A stretch of 64,000 bases of DNA from Candidatus Bathyarchaeia archaeon (GTDB lineage: Archaea; Thermoproteota; Bathyarchaeia; 40CM-2-53-6), in assembly GCA_050013255.1 (NCBI GenBank), contig JBEKFP010000001.1, forward strand, positions 800,001 to 864,000, written 5' to 3'. The notes beneath the pieces are model-generated. The model was not told the DNA's origin. It made no database searches and worked only from the letters and a program-made list of their open reading frames with translations. Position numbers and translations under genes: made by a program. Below, piece after piece: positions 40,521-49,886 of the stretch; the first letter of the stretch is position 1, and every line of letters begins with the position of its first letter.

Positions 40521-40721
40521 CTACAGCTGTTTTATGATTTCGGCGTGTGCGTGGCGTGCTGCGCAGCTTGTTATTCGGGCCTTGATCTTGGTCCCTGGCT
40601 TTGCGTTTTTTACGAAGACGATGCAGCCATTTACGCGGCCTACTCCTTCGCCTAAGCGTGAGGTTTCTTTGATTTCCAGTTCCACTTCATCGCCCGGCTT
40701 CAACTCATGCCAAGTAGCCAA
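40521..40721 (-). CDS. Single TRAM-domain RNA-binding protein
   Basis: GDEVELEI...GEGVGRVNGCIVFVKNAKPG. Confidence 0.9.
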   Translation of the reverse strand: MATWHELKPGDEVELEIKETSRLGEGVGRVNGCIVFVKNAKPGTKIKARITSCAARHAHAEIIKQL

Positions 40722-40939
40722 TCAGCCACGCCCCTGCGCATGGTGCCACAGGCTTGCACTTGGGTATCAACCTATCCCCAGATTGTGATTCGGGCGGACG
40801 ACTTTAGGGAAGAATCTGGCAGATAGTGGGAGTAGTGAAAGGGTTGACTAGTTTCGGAGTGCACCTGCCCGGGTTGGATGCGATGGTTTGAATAGTTGAT
40901 CCAGTAGTTGATACTGGTGGAGTATTCGTAAACGGAAGG

Positions 40940-43681
40940 TTGGAATCTATGGAACGATCTGGGCCGCCTCCGCGTCTTTTCGGGTTGATTGGCTGGATTA
41001 TTGTAGCGATAGTTTCCATTGGTGTGACCGTTTATGGGTTGTCAGTTTACTTGGACTGGGTCGTTTTCCAGTCCATGTATGCTTCCAAGGCAGGCCTCGA
41101 CTGGTTCGCGATAAACTTCTATCACAATAACACCTTCATCGTCGCCGGTGTTCTCGCACTTCTCTTCATCAACCCGGTCCCTAGAAGGAGCCATCTCTTC
41201 GAGGGGCTTTCTGCGTTGGGAGGGGCCTTCGCACGTGTAAGAGGGGAGGCACAGGCAGTCTCGCTCGGACCTGGCAGGGTTGCGTGGTTGTTTTGGCAGA
41301 TAGCCAAGTGGGCTGTCGCTTTCGGGATTATCGCGACGGTGAACGGGATACCGGGCCTTGGCAACCTCACGATGGTGGCCACGATGCTGCAGAGTGGGCT
41401 GGGTAACTGGGGCCAGGTCCTGAGGGTCTTTCAGCTCCCGTTGGTTCCCGCTTCCGGAACTGAACTTGTTGCGTTGATGCCTACTATGGAGGTGCAGTAT
41501 GCCCTCATCTTCGACATCGTCTCTGCGGTCGTATTCGTGGCAGTCCTTAGACTCATTCTGATGCTCGTCCGCGATTTCGCTCGACTCAAGACGAATGCAT
41601 GGGGGAGAGATCTATTCCTCATTCTCGCCTTAGCTGCGCTGGTGGCGGTCTTCGATGCACCCTACTGGACCATGAACATTGCGACGCCCAACGACTACCT
41701 GATCGCTATCACCGTTTTCTTTAGCTTCTTGGCCATCGCGGCTTCTTTTCAGTTCGGAGTCATTCGACGAACAATAGGCATGGCGCGCCGGAAACGATGG
41801 ATCGTCTACCTCATGGGACTGTTCTTGTTCGCCATACTTATTGTAAACTTGGGTTTCGTGGCAGGCTACTCGCTAAACTGGAACAACAACTGGATTGGCT
41901 ATGAATGGCAGCCTATGACGATGAAGGAAATTCAGGTCACACGATGGGCCGCAGGTTTAGAAAACGTAACGGCGGAGCCTCTCTCAAGTCTCCCCGCCGG
42001 AAACACCAGCACGATCGTATCGCTGGTTCGACAATGGGATCACGATGCATCTTACACGAAAATGAAGAATCAGATAGGCGTCAACTGGATGCAGCTGAGC
42101 GATTCGCAAATAATCTACCTTAACGGACACGAATACTGGGTTGCCCCCACAACAATCAACTATCCTGCCGACGACTGGATCAGCCATCACCTCATCTACA
42201 CTCACGCCGCCAGAATAGTGGTGATCGACAGCCACACGGGCGACTACGTTTCGGTCCAGCAGGCATTCGGCGTTAAGTCGGAACCCTCAATCTACTATGG
42301 TGAGAGTCTCGCCGACGACGTCTACGTGCATGTTAGAGGAGTCGAGGAAATAGGAAACGCGTCTTACACCGGAGGGCCTGACTATGTTCTCTCAGGCTGG
42401 CAGAGGGCCCTATGGTTCCTCGTGAAAGAAGGTCAAGTCGGCTTCGCCCTCACTCCTCCCCAAGACCAAATCATGATGCTTCATAACCGAGATGTTCATC
42501 AGAGAGTCCAAGATTTCCTCATCGATGGGCTGACGACCGACCGTGCAAGCTACCTCGTCACGGACGGAAACCGAATCTACTACCTCGTCCAAGTCTATAC
42601 GAACTACCCGATTCATTCTGGATTCTCCGGTAGCAGCTACCTCCGATTCTTCGGAGTGGTCTTGGTCGATATAGAAGACGGTCGCATGTACCCCTACGTC
42701 ATAGCCAAACCGGATGGCTTTCTGGTCGACTTCTATAGACAATACTATTCGTCATGGAAAGCGCCGCCAGATTGGCTCGTCAACCAACTACGCTATCCTG
42801 AGGACTTACTCGGAACCCACGACCTGCCAGGACAGCTAGATGTCTCTTTCACATATCATGTGAACGACCCATTCATTTGGAGATCAGGTTCTGACTTCTA
42901 CGAGCGGCCAGAAGCTACAGAGGTACTTTACGTGCTATTGAGTTCAGGGAATCGAGCTGACTTCGTAGGACTGCAGCTAGTAGAGTATCAGGCATCCCCT
43001 GGCCGCAACCTCGCTGGCATGTACATAGCCTATGGCACCGATCAGCTTGGAAGGTTGAACCTTTACAGAATATCCAATTCGACAACCCAACTGATTGGGC
43101 CGTCTGCTGCGCTTCAAGCGGTTGAAACCGACGATTATGTACGCCAACAGTTAACGCTGCTGCCGAACTACCGACTTGGAAACATCCTATTGTACCTCAT
43201 CGGAGACCACCTCTACTACTTCATTCCAGTCTACATCAACACGCAAGTCGAAAACGCCGTCATCACAAAGATGGCCTTCGTCACAGTCGTCGACGCGACA
43301 ACCGGAGCCAGGGTTGCGGTTGGAGCAGACTCATCCCAAGCATACTACGCCATATCCGGAGGAATTCCCACCATATTGGGATCGGCGGAACGTGAGAAGA
43401 AGCTCAACTTGCTATTCACGAACAAAGGATACCCACTAGTCAACCCGAGCAGCATAAGCGCGAACGTGGAGATTCGAATCGCAAACATCACCTACACTGA
43501 CGAAACCCAATGGGCCTCTGTCAATGCCACGGTCAACAGTTTCATCACCAGCTATGGCCAGAAATACGGCGTGACAGAAGTCTACTATTGGACCGAGCCG
43601 AACGGTGACCTTAGCTTCGGCGTGCTCGTCTCTAGTGCCGGGGTTGTGAAACTCTACTACATAACCGTCCAGATCAGGTAG
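40940..43681 (+). CDS. UPF0182 family membrane protein
   Basis: N-terminal TM block; VRQWD, HLIYTH, PSIYYGE, QLRYPEDL, GNILL. Confidence 0.8.
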   Translation: MESMERSGPPPRLFGLIGWIIVAIVSIGVTVYGLSVYLDWVVFQSMYASKAGLDWFAINFYHNNTFIVAGVLALLFINPVPRRSHLFEGLSALGGAFARVRGEAQAVSLGPGRVAWLFWQIAKWAVAFGIIATVNGIPGLGNLTMVATMLQSGLGNWGQVLRVFQLPLVPASGTELVALMPTMEVQYALIFDIVSAVVFVAVLRLILMLVRDFARLKTNAWGRDLFLILALAALVAVFDAPYWTMNIATPNDYLIAITVFFSFLAIAASFQFGVIRRTIGMARRKRWIVYLMGLFLFAILIVNLGFVAGYSLNWNNNWIGYEWQPMTMKEIQVTRWAAGLENVTAEPLSSLPAGNTSTIVSLVRQWDHDASYTKMKNQIGVNWMQLSDSQIIYLNGHEYWVAPTTINYPADDWISHHLIYTHAARIVVIDSHTGDYVSVQQAFGVKSEPSIYYGESLADDVYVHVRGVEEIGNASYTGGPDYVLSGWQRALWFLVKEGQVGFALTPPQDQIMMLHNRDVHQRVQDFLIDGLTTDRASYLVTDGNRIYYLVQVYTNYPIHSGFSGSSYLRFFGVVLVDIEDGRMYPYVIAKPDGFLVDFYRQYYSSWKAPPDWLVNQLRYPEDLLGTHDLPGQLDVSFTYHVNDPFIWRSGSDFYERPEATEVLYVLLSSGNRADFVGLQLVEYQASPGRNLAGMYIAYGTDQLGRLNLYRISNSTTQLIGPSAALQAVETDDYVRQQLTLLPNYRLGNILLYLIGDHLYYFIPVYINTQVENAVITKMAFVTVVDATTGARVAVGADSSQAYYAISGGIPTILGSAEREKKLNLLFTNKGYPLVNPSSISANVEIRIANITYTDETQWASVNATVNSFITSYGQKYGVTEVYYWTEPNGDLSFGVLVSSAGVVKLYYITVQIR

Positions 43682-43689
43682 GTGGAAGC

Positions 43690-43983
43690 ATGTCAATGCT
43701 GCAGGAGGAATTCGATTTGTGGCTGAGCAGCAAGTACTCAAATCCCTTCTGGGTCGGGCACCATAGATTCGAAAAGAGCGTGACCGGTGAGATTCGAGTG
43801 GACAATGGAGTGTTCAGGAGAGAAGAGGCTGCTATACTCTTTCGAATGCTCAGGTCACGCGACCCCTTCACGCGGCTTAACGCGAAATTCGTCATATGGG
43901 AGAGAAACCGAAGCCTACTGGTTCTCCTCGTAATTGTCACGGTCATAATGCTCGCATTAGTAATTATAAGAATCCGAGAATGA
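43690..43983 (+). CDS. Small protein with a C-terminal TM helix
   Basis: SD GGTGG; co-oriented with the UPF0182 gene. Confidence 0.65.
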   Translation: MSMLQEEFDLWLSSKYSNPFWVGHHRFEKSVTGEIRVDNGVFRREEAAILFRMLRSRDPFTRLNAKFVIWERNRSLLVLLVIVTVIMLALVIIRIRE

Positions 43984-44048
43984 CCCGTCAGGAAGACTGA
44001 GCGAACCGAAGTAACGGCTTTCGACCCAACGGCTCTAGGTCGGTTAGG

Positions 44049-44099
44049 GGTTCTGTTGACTTGTTAACTCGCCGATTTCATTAACTCGTCCGCATCGAC
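44049..44099 (-). mobile_element. Orphan right end of the TnpB element family
   Basis: Minus strand GTCGATGcggaCGAGTTAA...AACAAGTcAACAGAACC matches 55226-55281. Confidence 0.8.
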
Positions 44100-44127
44100 C
44101 GGGCGTCTTTGAACTGGCAAGGGGGGT

Positions 44128-44240
44128 TTGAGAACATTGTTGGCGCTAGTTGGTGGCGCTGCCGAAGTCGCTAAGCAGATTGAAGCGTACAATGCTGCGG
44201 GCGTAAGCTACCATGTACTGAACACCCAGCCGTGTCTTTA
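44128..44240 (+). pseudogene. Possible C-terminal remnant of an LLM-class oxidoreductase
   Basis: LVGGAAEVAKQIEAYNAAGVSY resembles the LLM C-terminal consensus. Confidence 0.4.
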
Positions 44241-44381
44241 CCTTCAGGACGGAAGGAGTGTGTGCGCGCCTGCTTGGTTGTTGATTTCAATATGTGGTGT
44301 AGTCTTATGGGGACAACGTGTTACTCGTCTTTGACGGGAGTGAAGAAATATGAGGACCGTCAGGGGGGTTGGGGCGGTGCC

Positions 44382-45212
44382 TTACTTCTTAGGTCCCTTG
44401 TAGGTCAGTACTCTACCCCACAGATCCTTTGTTCCCCAAATCCCCCTACGCAGGGTCTCCAAGTGAACAATCTGGCTGTGGTCAACGAATAAGTTCACCT
44501 CAGGGCCGTAGTTCTTGATGTACCAACCGAATACTTCAGGGTCCGCTGCCTCGAACATTACCTTATCCAACCCTAATGCGTCGATTATCTTTGGTGGCAC
44601 GTCGGTGCGCCAGGTCTTTACATTCTCTGTGATGCCTTCTGATTCAATCATGATCATGTAGGCGCCTGCGTCAAGGAAACGTTTCGCTTCCGAGATTGCC
44701 CAGGCTGGGTCCTTCGTTCCCTCAGCCTCGAGTTCTGCGATTGATGTGGCCCCGCCGGAACCGAACTGAATTCCCACCTCAGGCTTCGGCTTCAACCCGG
44801 CCTTCTTCACTAGCTCCACAAGTTGAACCCAATCGTCGACGGGTAGTGTGATGAAACCGCTGGAGATTTCGATAATGTCGAAGCCCACATCCTTACATTC
44901 CTTCACGTAGTGTTCCACGGCCTCAGGGCCCTGCGTCAGAACGTACTCAATCCACCCACCTGTCGAGACCAGCACGTTGTACCGGTGCGCCGTGTCGATA
45001 ATCTCCTTGAGCACGTCCCGTTTCATGAGGCTGAATGATCCGGCTGCGAACTTCAGGGCGTCCACGTACTCACCCATTGTTTCCAAAACATCTTCGAGGT
45101 ACCGCTTCCCCATCACGGTATAGTAGGGGCCGCGAATCTCAGTAACTCCTTTTGTTCGGGGCTTTCCAGGCCGTTCGTTCATTCTGATAAAGGAAAACGC
45201 TTTGCTACTCAA
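44382..45212 (-). CDS. comA: Phosphosulfolactate synthase family (ComA/HSA32-like)
   Basis: KPRTKGVTE, LKFAAGS, IEISSGF, KPEVG, IMIESEG, VMFEA, VNLFVD, LETLRRG. Confidence 0.88.
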   Translation of the reverse strand: MSSKAFSFIRMNERPGKPRTKGVTEIRGPYYTVMGKRYLEDVLETMGEYVDALKFAAGSFSLMKRDVLKEIIDTAHRYNVLVSTGGWIEYVLTQGPEAVEHYVKECKDVGFDIIEISSGFITLPVDDWVQLVELVKKAGLKPKPEVGIQFGSGGATSIAELEAEGTKDPAWAISEAKRFLDAGAYMIMIESEGITENVKTWRTDVPPKIIDALGLDKVMFEAADPEVFGWYIKNYGPEVNLFVDHSQIVHLETLRRGIWGTKDLWGRVLTYKGPKK

Positions 45213-46621
45213 CGATTTGTCCCTCGTTTGGGGTCAGGAATATTTGCGAGCAGCTTCGTGAGATCTGTGACATATAGGTCTTCCATTTGATGCACACAAT
45301 CTACGATTTGTTTTCGCAGATTCTTGTCAACATAACGAGCGCTTAGGCTGTCAAATTTCTCCACCGCTCTCTCCCAGCGCATGGGGCGCGTGAAGAAGCC
45401 CTCGTAGTCCCGTTTCTCCTTCTCCACGATCCGCCCACCTTTCAGATGAACTATCAGGTGGGATGGCATTTCATTCGGAAATCTTTGACTGTAATCCTCT
45501 CTGGGCCTGACGGCGATTTTCTGCAGAAGATTCTGAACATCGCTTCTGGTGATTCTGTCGGGATAATATTGTTCAGGCATTACGGTTCCATCTAGAGTTG
45601 CTACGGCGACAATGTATGGGAGGCTATGGTCGGCCTCTTCCTTCGTTCGCACATGCTTCTTCTCCCCCTCCTCCCCCCCGCCAATTATGTTGTAGGCTAC
45701 GTCGAAGACCTCTATCTCGAGCTTCTCAATCTCCTCCGGCTTGAAGCCCTGTTCTTTCTTAAGCTCTAAGATGCCTTCAATCGAAGATTGGGAATGAACC
45801 TCGGCATTGTACTTCTTCAGTATGGTTCGTGTAACTCGTTCTAGATTCTCCTTCGACCAGTCAATATCGAATTTTCCCGCAATCGATTCCATGAAGCCTT
45901 TGTTTCCCTCAAAAACCTCAGGCGGCCCAGTGATGCCCCGCATGGCCAAGAATCCAGCGTGGGTGGCGCCGAAGCCGGTAAAGGGGTAGGCTAACCCTTT
46001 CCAGTGTGAAAGTTTCCCTGTGCGCGTTACCCTAAGCGCATTGAGCGCCGTGCCGCTGATTGCGATCGCATTCGCCGTCTTCTCAACATCTAAGCCCAAG
46101 GCTTTGGAGACTCCTGCGGCTGCGGCGTAGGATCCCTGTGTTGTGTGGTCGAAGCCTTTGCTTCGGACTGGGGCTACGTCGCTGAGGCGGCATTGCACTT
46201 GGTAGGATACAGCTAGTGCGAGCAGGAAATCGCTTCCCTTCGCTTTCGCGTATTCTGACGCGGCTAGCACGGCGCCAACGTTATCGTTCGGATGGCAGGT
46301 CTCCCCCTTGGCTAGGTAGCTGTCGTTGAAGTCCAAATAGCGGATTAATGCTCCATTGTATAGTGCGGCGAGGTCTGGGGCCGTCTTTCCTCCGCCAATA
46401 AGTGTGCAGTGCGGTTTCCCACCAAAATCATCAAGCTGCGCTTGGAGCATTCGGATTGGTTCGCCTTCGAGGGCGCCTATTGCACAACCGAGCGCGTCCA
46501 GCACTCGAATTTTTAGCTCCTGCTTGGCCGCAGGGGACAATACTTGGAAAGTGGTTCCAACTACGAACTGGGCAAGTTCGTGGACGAGGGTTCTCTGTTC
46601 TGGCAAGTTTCGGGTCGCCAA
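45209..46621 (-). CDS. MmgE/PrpD family protein (2-methylcitrate dehydratase-like)
   Basis: IRYLDFNDSY, CHPNDN, GFDHTT, LSHWKG, EADHSLPY. Confidence 0.9.
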   Translation of the reverse strand: MATRNLPEQRTLVHELAQFVVGTTFQVLSPAAKQELKIRVLDALGCAIGALEGEPIRMLQAQLDDFGGKPHCTLIGGGKTAPDLAALYNGALIRYLDFNDSYLAKGETCHPNDNVGAVLAASEYAKAKGSDFLLALAVSYQVQCRLSDVAPVRSKGFDHTTQGSYAAAAGVSKALGLDVEKTANAIAISGTALNALRVTRTGKLSHWKGLAYPFTGFGATHAGFLAMRGITGPPEVFEGNKGFMESIAGKFDIDWSKENLERVTRTILKKYNAEVHSQSSIEGILELKKEQGFKPEEIEKLEIEVFDVAYNIIGGGEEGEKKHVRTKEEADHSLPYIVAVATLDGTVMPEQYYPDRITRSDVQNLLQKIAVRPREDYSQRFPNEMPSHLIVHLKGGRIVEKEKRDYEGFFTRPMRWERAVEKFDSLSARYVDKNLRKQIVDCVHQMEDLYVTDLTKLLANIPDPKRGTNR

Positions 46622-46744
46622 CAGTTATTTGCCCTCATCTATGTTTGTTACTTTTCGGTTGGGCGGTGTATAACATATGCTAGGCATCAATTCTGCGCGT
46701 TCGCTTTGACTTCAACGGTGGTCTGAACAGGCCTTACTGGTTTG

Positions 46745-46876
46745 CTATGTCTTGCCGCACGTTTTCTCATGCTCTGTTAGGCAGGCTTCGCACATAGTGT
46801 TTCCGCAGCTCTTGCACATTTTGAGCGGGCCTTCTAGTGGTTGGCCGCAGAAGCCACAATAACTACCCGAGAACAA
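46745..46876 (-). CDS. 43-aa Cys-rich zinc-finger microprotein (not in the ORF track)
   Basis: MFSGSYCGFCGQPLEGPLKMCKSCGNTMCEACLTEHEKTCGKT; GGAG upstream of the TTG. Confidence 0.75.
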   Translation of the reverse strand: MFSGSYCGFCGQPLEGPLKMCKSCGNTMCEACLTEHEKTCGKT

Positions 46877-47015
46877 ATCGCAACTCCTTCGAAAATCAAC
46901 GGTTATGATTTAGGCCTAATAACCTGCCTTTTAGTCGCGGCAAAAACAGCTGAGGTCGATTTTTCGTGTTCTAAACCCCCTGTCTGTTAGGAAACAGGCC
47001 ATTTGTTGCCTTCGT

Positions 47016-47058
47016 TTGGCACCGTTTGGCACCACCCCTTGATGGGTGGATCCACCCT
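47016..47058 (+). repeat. Dispersed 43-bp repeat, copy 2
   Basis: 41/43 identical to 30182-30224. Confidence 0.9.
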
Positions 47059-47126
47059 AGCCTATGCCTCTAGAACGCAACAGAACCGTTGCCAAGGGCC
47101 TGTGGAGAATTGAGGGGTTGAGTTGA

Positions 47127-47399
47127 TTAGGGTCTGGTTTTTCGGCTCACCCAAAGAATCGAATCGTCCCGCATATTTCTTATCTCCAAGATTCTATGAA
47201 ACGGGATCAATGATTCTTCACCCGCAGAATCTTCCTGTATTGTAAAATAGGATTTGCCAAGGGTTCGAATATTGGATGCGTTAACTTGTTTCGTGTCGCC
47301 TGGCGCGCCCCTGTGGCGGTATGTGATGACGTAATCCTCAGGGTTCTCTTTCTCGTCCCAGCGCAGCCTGTTGAGAATATTCCTGAGAGGGTGAACCAT
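47127..47399 (-). CDS. DUF504/MJ1316-like small protein
   Basis: ILNRLRWD, YRHRGAP, IPFHRILEI. Confidence 0.88.
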   Translation of the reverse strand: MVHPLRNILNRLRWDEKENPEDYVITYRHRGAPGDTKQVNASNIRTLGKSYFTIQEDSAGEESLIPFHRILEIRNMRDDSILWVSRKTRP

Positions 47400-47526
47400 A
47401 GGCCACGTTCAGCTTTACGTATGGCTAGCTTAGGTGTTGGTGTTGTAGATATTGGTCTCGAAATTGGTTGCTGTCAAGTCAGCTTAAAGCCCCCACTGGC
47501 GCAGGGGTTGTTGGGATTCGAAAACG

Positions 47527-47943
47527 TTGGCTAGCCAGAAACTTCTTGATATGTTGAACAAAGCAATTGCTGGGGAGCTTCAAGCCATAATTCAGTACAT
47601 GTGGCAGCATATCCAGTGGAAAGGAATTGAGCACTACGCGGTCAGCAAGGGATTCGAGGAGACCGCGATGGACGAAATGAAGCATGCCGAGAAGATTGCG
47701 GAGAGGCTCTGGTACTTGGGAGCAAAGCCAACAATCCAACCCGCCCCCATCTTCGTTGGAAACACCCTCGAAGAAATGATTCAATCCGACGTCAAAGCAG
47801 AGCTAGAAACAATTGTGCTGTACAAGGAAATCATGGAACAGGCACAAAAAGAAGGCGACGTGGCCACAAAAGAGATCTTTGAAGAGATAGAAGAGGACGA
47901 AGAAGAACACCACGACTTCTTCTCAAGCCTCCTAGAAAAATAA
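47527..47943 (+). CDS. Bacterioferritin-like protein
   Basis: ELQAIIQY, DEMKHAE, DEEEHHD ferroxidase motifs. Confidence 0.9.
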   Translation: MASQKLLDMLNKAIAGELQAIIQYMWQHIQWKGIEHYAVSKGFEETAMDEMKHAEKIAERLWYLGAKPTIQPAPIFVGNTLEEMIQSDVKAELETIVLYKEIMEQAQKEGDVATKEIFEEIEEDEEEHHDFFSSLLEK

Positions 47944-48056
47944 AGCGCTACTTTTCCCGGCAAGCTACCTCTTGAGGTTCCTCCAAACCGGTTCCCGCAA
48001 AGTTTGTCTTGGGACGTCATCGACGATAACCCAACTAGTTTTCGCGTCGCGAGAGT

Positions 48057-48878
48057 TCAATGGCGTCTGAAGAACGCAGCTATCTCTTCGCTGGCGTCAA
48101 GGTTCCGGCTAGTTTTGCCGATTATTCTTTCTGGCAAGTATTGCCAGCCTCCAGGCCACGTATGGCCGCCACCTTCGATAACGTACATGATTACCTCCGT
48201 ATTGCCCGGGCACTGGGTGAAATTCTCAACGCGGACACGGGTTGAGTCCTCGCTTCGAATTGGTAAATGTTGGATAGTTGGAGTGAGGGCGCAACCATTC
48301 AACTGGGCCCACTTAACCGCCGAGTTATGGGCCGACAATATTTCTCTCCTAGCACCCGCTCTGACACGCCCTCCATCAAATGGCACGAGTGGGTCATTTG
48401 TCCCATGAATCATCATAACCGAGACGGGTTTGCTTATCACCCGAGTTTCGGCTAGTGACGCTTGCATTGTGGCAGCAACCGTGGCGATCGCACTTATCCT
48501 CTCGGGGAATTCGATTGCCAGCCGTTGCGAGAAGAAACCGCCGTTCGAAATGCCAACCGCGTAAACCTTGCTCGGATCGATCGCATTCGTATTAGTTAGC
48601 CGTTCGATAAGTACCGAGATGAAGGCGAGGTCGTCAACGCCCTTAGGGCCTGTGTCGGGCGTGTCGGTCCAATGCCTACCATAACCATCAGCGTACGCGA
48701 CCACAAAACCGTCCCGGTCGGCGATATGGTTGAAACGGGTCAAGATAGGCATGCCTTTTGCTCTTCCGCCTCCCCCGTGAAATGCAAGAAGCAGACTGTG
48801 GGGCTGAGTATTGTCGGGGCAGTGTACCAAGTAGGTTCTCCGAATATCTCCGACAAGGAGAGAATCAGCAAAGTCCAT
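48057..48878 (-). CDS. PHB depolymerase/LpqC-family esterase (probable start ATG 48878)
   Basis: AFHGGGG, VDDLAF, GISNGG nucleophile elbow, HGTNDPLVP, GGGHTWPG. Confidence 0.88.
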   Translation of the reverse strand: MDFADSLLVGDIRRTYLVHCPDNTQPHSLLLAFHGGGGRAKGMPILTRFNHIADRDGFVVAYADGYGRHWTDTPDTGPKGVDDLAFISVLIERLTNTNAIDPSKVYAVGISNGGFFSQRLAIEFPERISAIATVAATMQASLAETRVISKPVSVMMIHGTNDPLVPFDGGRVRAGARREILSAHNSAVKWAQLNGCALTPTIQHLPIRSEDSTRVRVENFTQCPGNTEVIMYVIEGGGHTWPGGWQYLPERIIGKTSRNLDASEEIAAFFRRH

Positions 48879-48978
48879 GAATTGTCTGGAACCCTTCACG
48901 TGTAACCCCATCCGAGGTGCCACAAATGAAGAAATACTTACCGCAAGCTTTTCTTCGAGAGGCCCACCTAGAACCGAG

Positions 48979-49095
48979 ATGGCCTTGTATCCTGAATCTT
49001 CCCGTCGCAATTGCCCCAAATGCGCCCGTTGCGGCGGATGCACGCAATGGTCAAACGGTAGATGGTTCTGCCTCTTCTGTAGAATCTACTACTGA
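48979..49095 (+). CDS. 38-aa zinc-ribbon microprotein
   Basis: MALYPESSRRNCPKCARCGGCTQWSNGRWFCLFCRIYY. Confidence 0.55.
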   Translation: MALYPESSRRNCPKCARCGGCTQWSNGRWFCLFCRIYY

Positions 49096-49112
49096 GCGTT
49101 GGTTTGGTGTTC

Positions 49113-49150
49113 GGTTCTGTTGGGTTGGGATGTGTTTTGCATCAACCTTT
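49113..49150 (-). mobile_element. Second, more decayed orphan right end of the TnpB element family
   Basis: Minus strand AAAGGTTGATGC...CAACAGAACC versus AAAGTCGATG...AACAGAACC. Confidence 0.5.
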
Positions 49151-49225
49151 GGGTGTGACTAGGTTTGGGAGTTGCAATACCTTATTAGTCCGCTTGCGGG
49201 GGGTTTCCCGAACTGGTGTTTCTAA

Positions 49226-49831
49226 TTGAGTGAATACTACCTTCCAGGCGCGACAACCGTCGGCATCGTCTGCAAAGACGGCGTAATATTGGCGGCCGAA
49301 CGGCGCGTCACATACGGATATTTCGTTATGAGTAAAAGCGGTAAGAAGGTCTTCAAGATCGCTGACAAGATTGGTGCAGCATGCGCCGGCATCGTTGCCG
49401 ACATGCAAATTCTAACACGCGAGGTAGGCGCCTACCTGAACCTCTACACTTACGAACGTGAACAAAGCGTCATGGTCCATACGGCCGCTAAGCTGATGGG
49501 TAGCATGCTCTTCGAGCGACGCTACTTCCCCTACATAACGCAAACAATCGTTGGCGGAATCGACGAGGGCGGAGCTAGGTTGTTCGTTCTCGACCCGTTG
49601 GGCTCAGTAATCGAGGACAAGTTTACGGCGGTGGGCTCAGGGTCGGAGATTGCCATGGGCCTTCTTGAAACCGAATTCAAGGAGGGCATGTCCATTGAAG
49701 AAGGGAAGGGCCTCGCACGGAAGGCTGTGAAGGCTGCGTCGGCGAGGGATATAGGTAGCGGTGAAGGCCTCGACATGCTCGTAATAACCAATACCGGCAT
49801 CCGCGAAGAACAAGAACTACCCGCCAAGTAA
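49226..49831 (+). CDS. psmB: Proteasome subunit beta
   Basis: GATTVGI, KKVFKI, AGIVAD, LDPLGS, VGSGS, ARDIGSG. Confidence 0.95.
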   Translation: MSEYYLPGATTVGIVCKDGVILAAERRVTYGYFVMSKSGKKVFKIADKIGAACAGIVADMQILTREVGAYLNLYTYEREQSVMVHTAAKLMGSMLFERRYFPYITQTIVGGIDEGGARLFVLDPLGSVIEDKFTAVGSGSEIAMGLLETEFKEGMSIEEGKGLARKAVKAASARDIGSGEGLDMLVITNTGIREEQELPAK

Positions 49832-49886
49832 CCACCTCGCATCCTAAGTTCACGGGAAGCCTCTTCGCAAACGGCTAGCGAGCTCT

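Noticed and set aside
47077-47087. GCAACAGAACC as another IS6-like end
   Set aside because: Only 11 bp, lacks the inner GTCGATG box, has no partner end or TSD, and forms a local hairpin.
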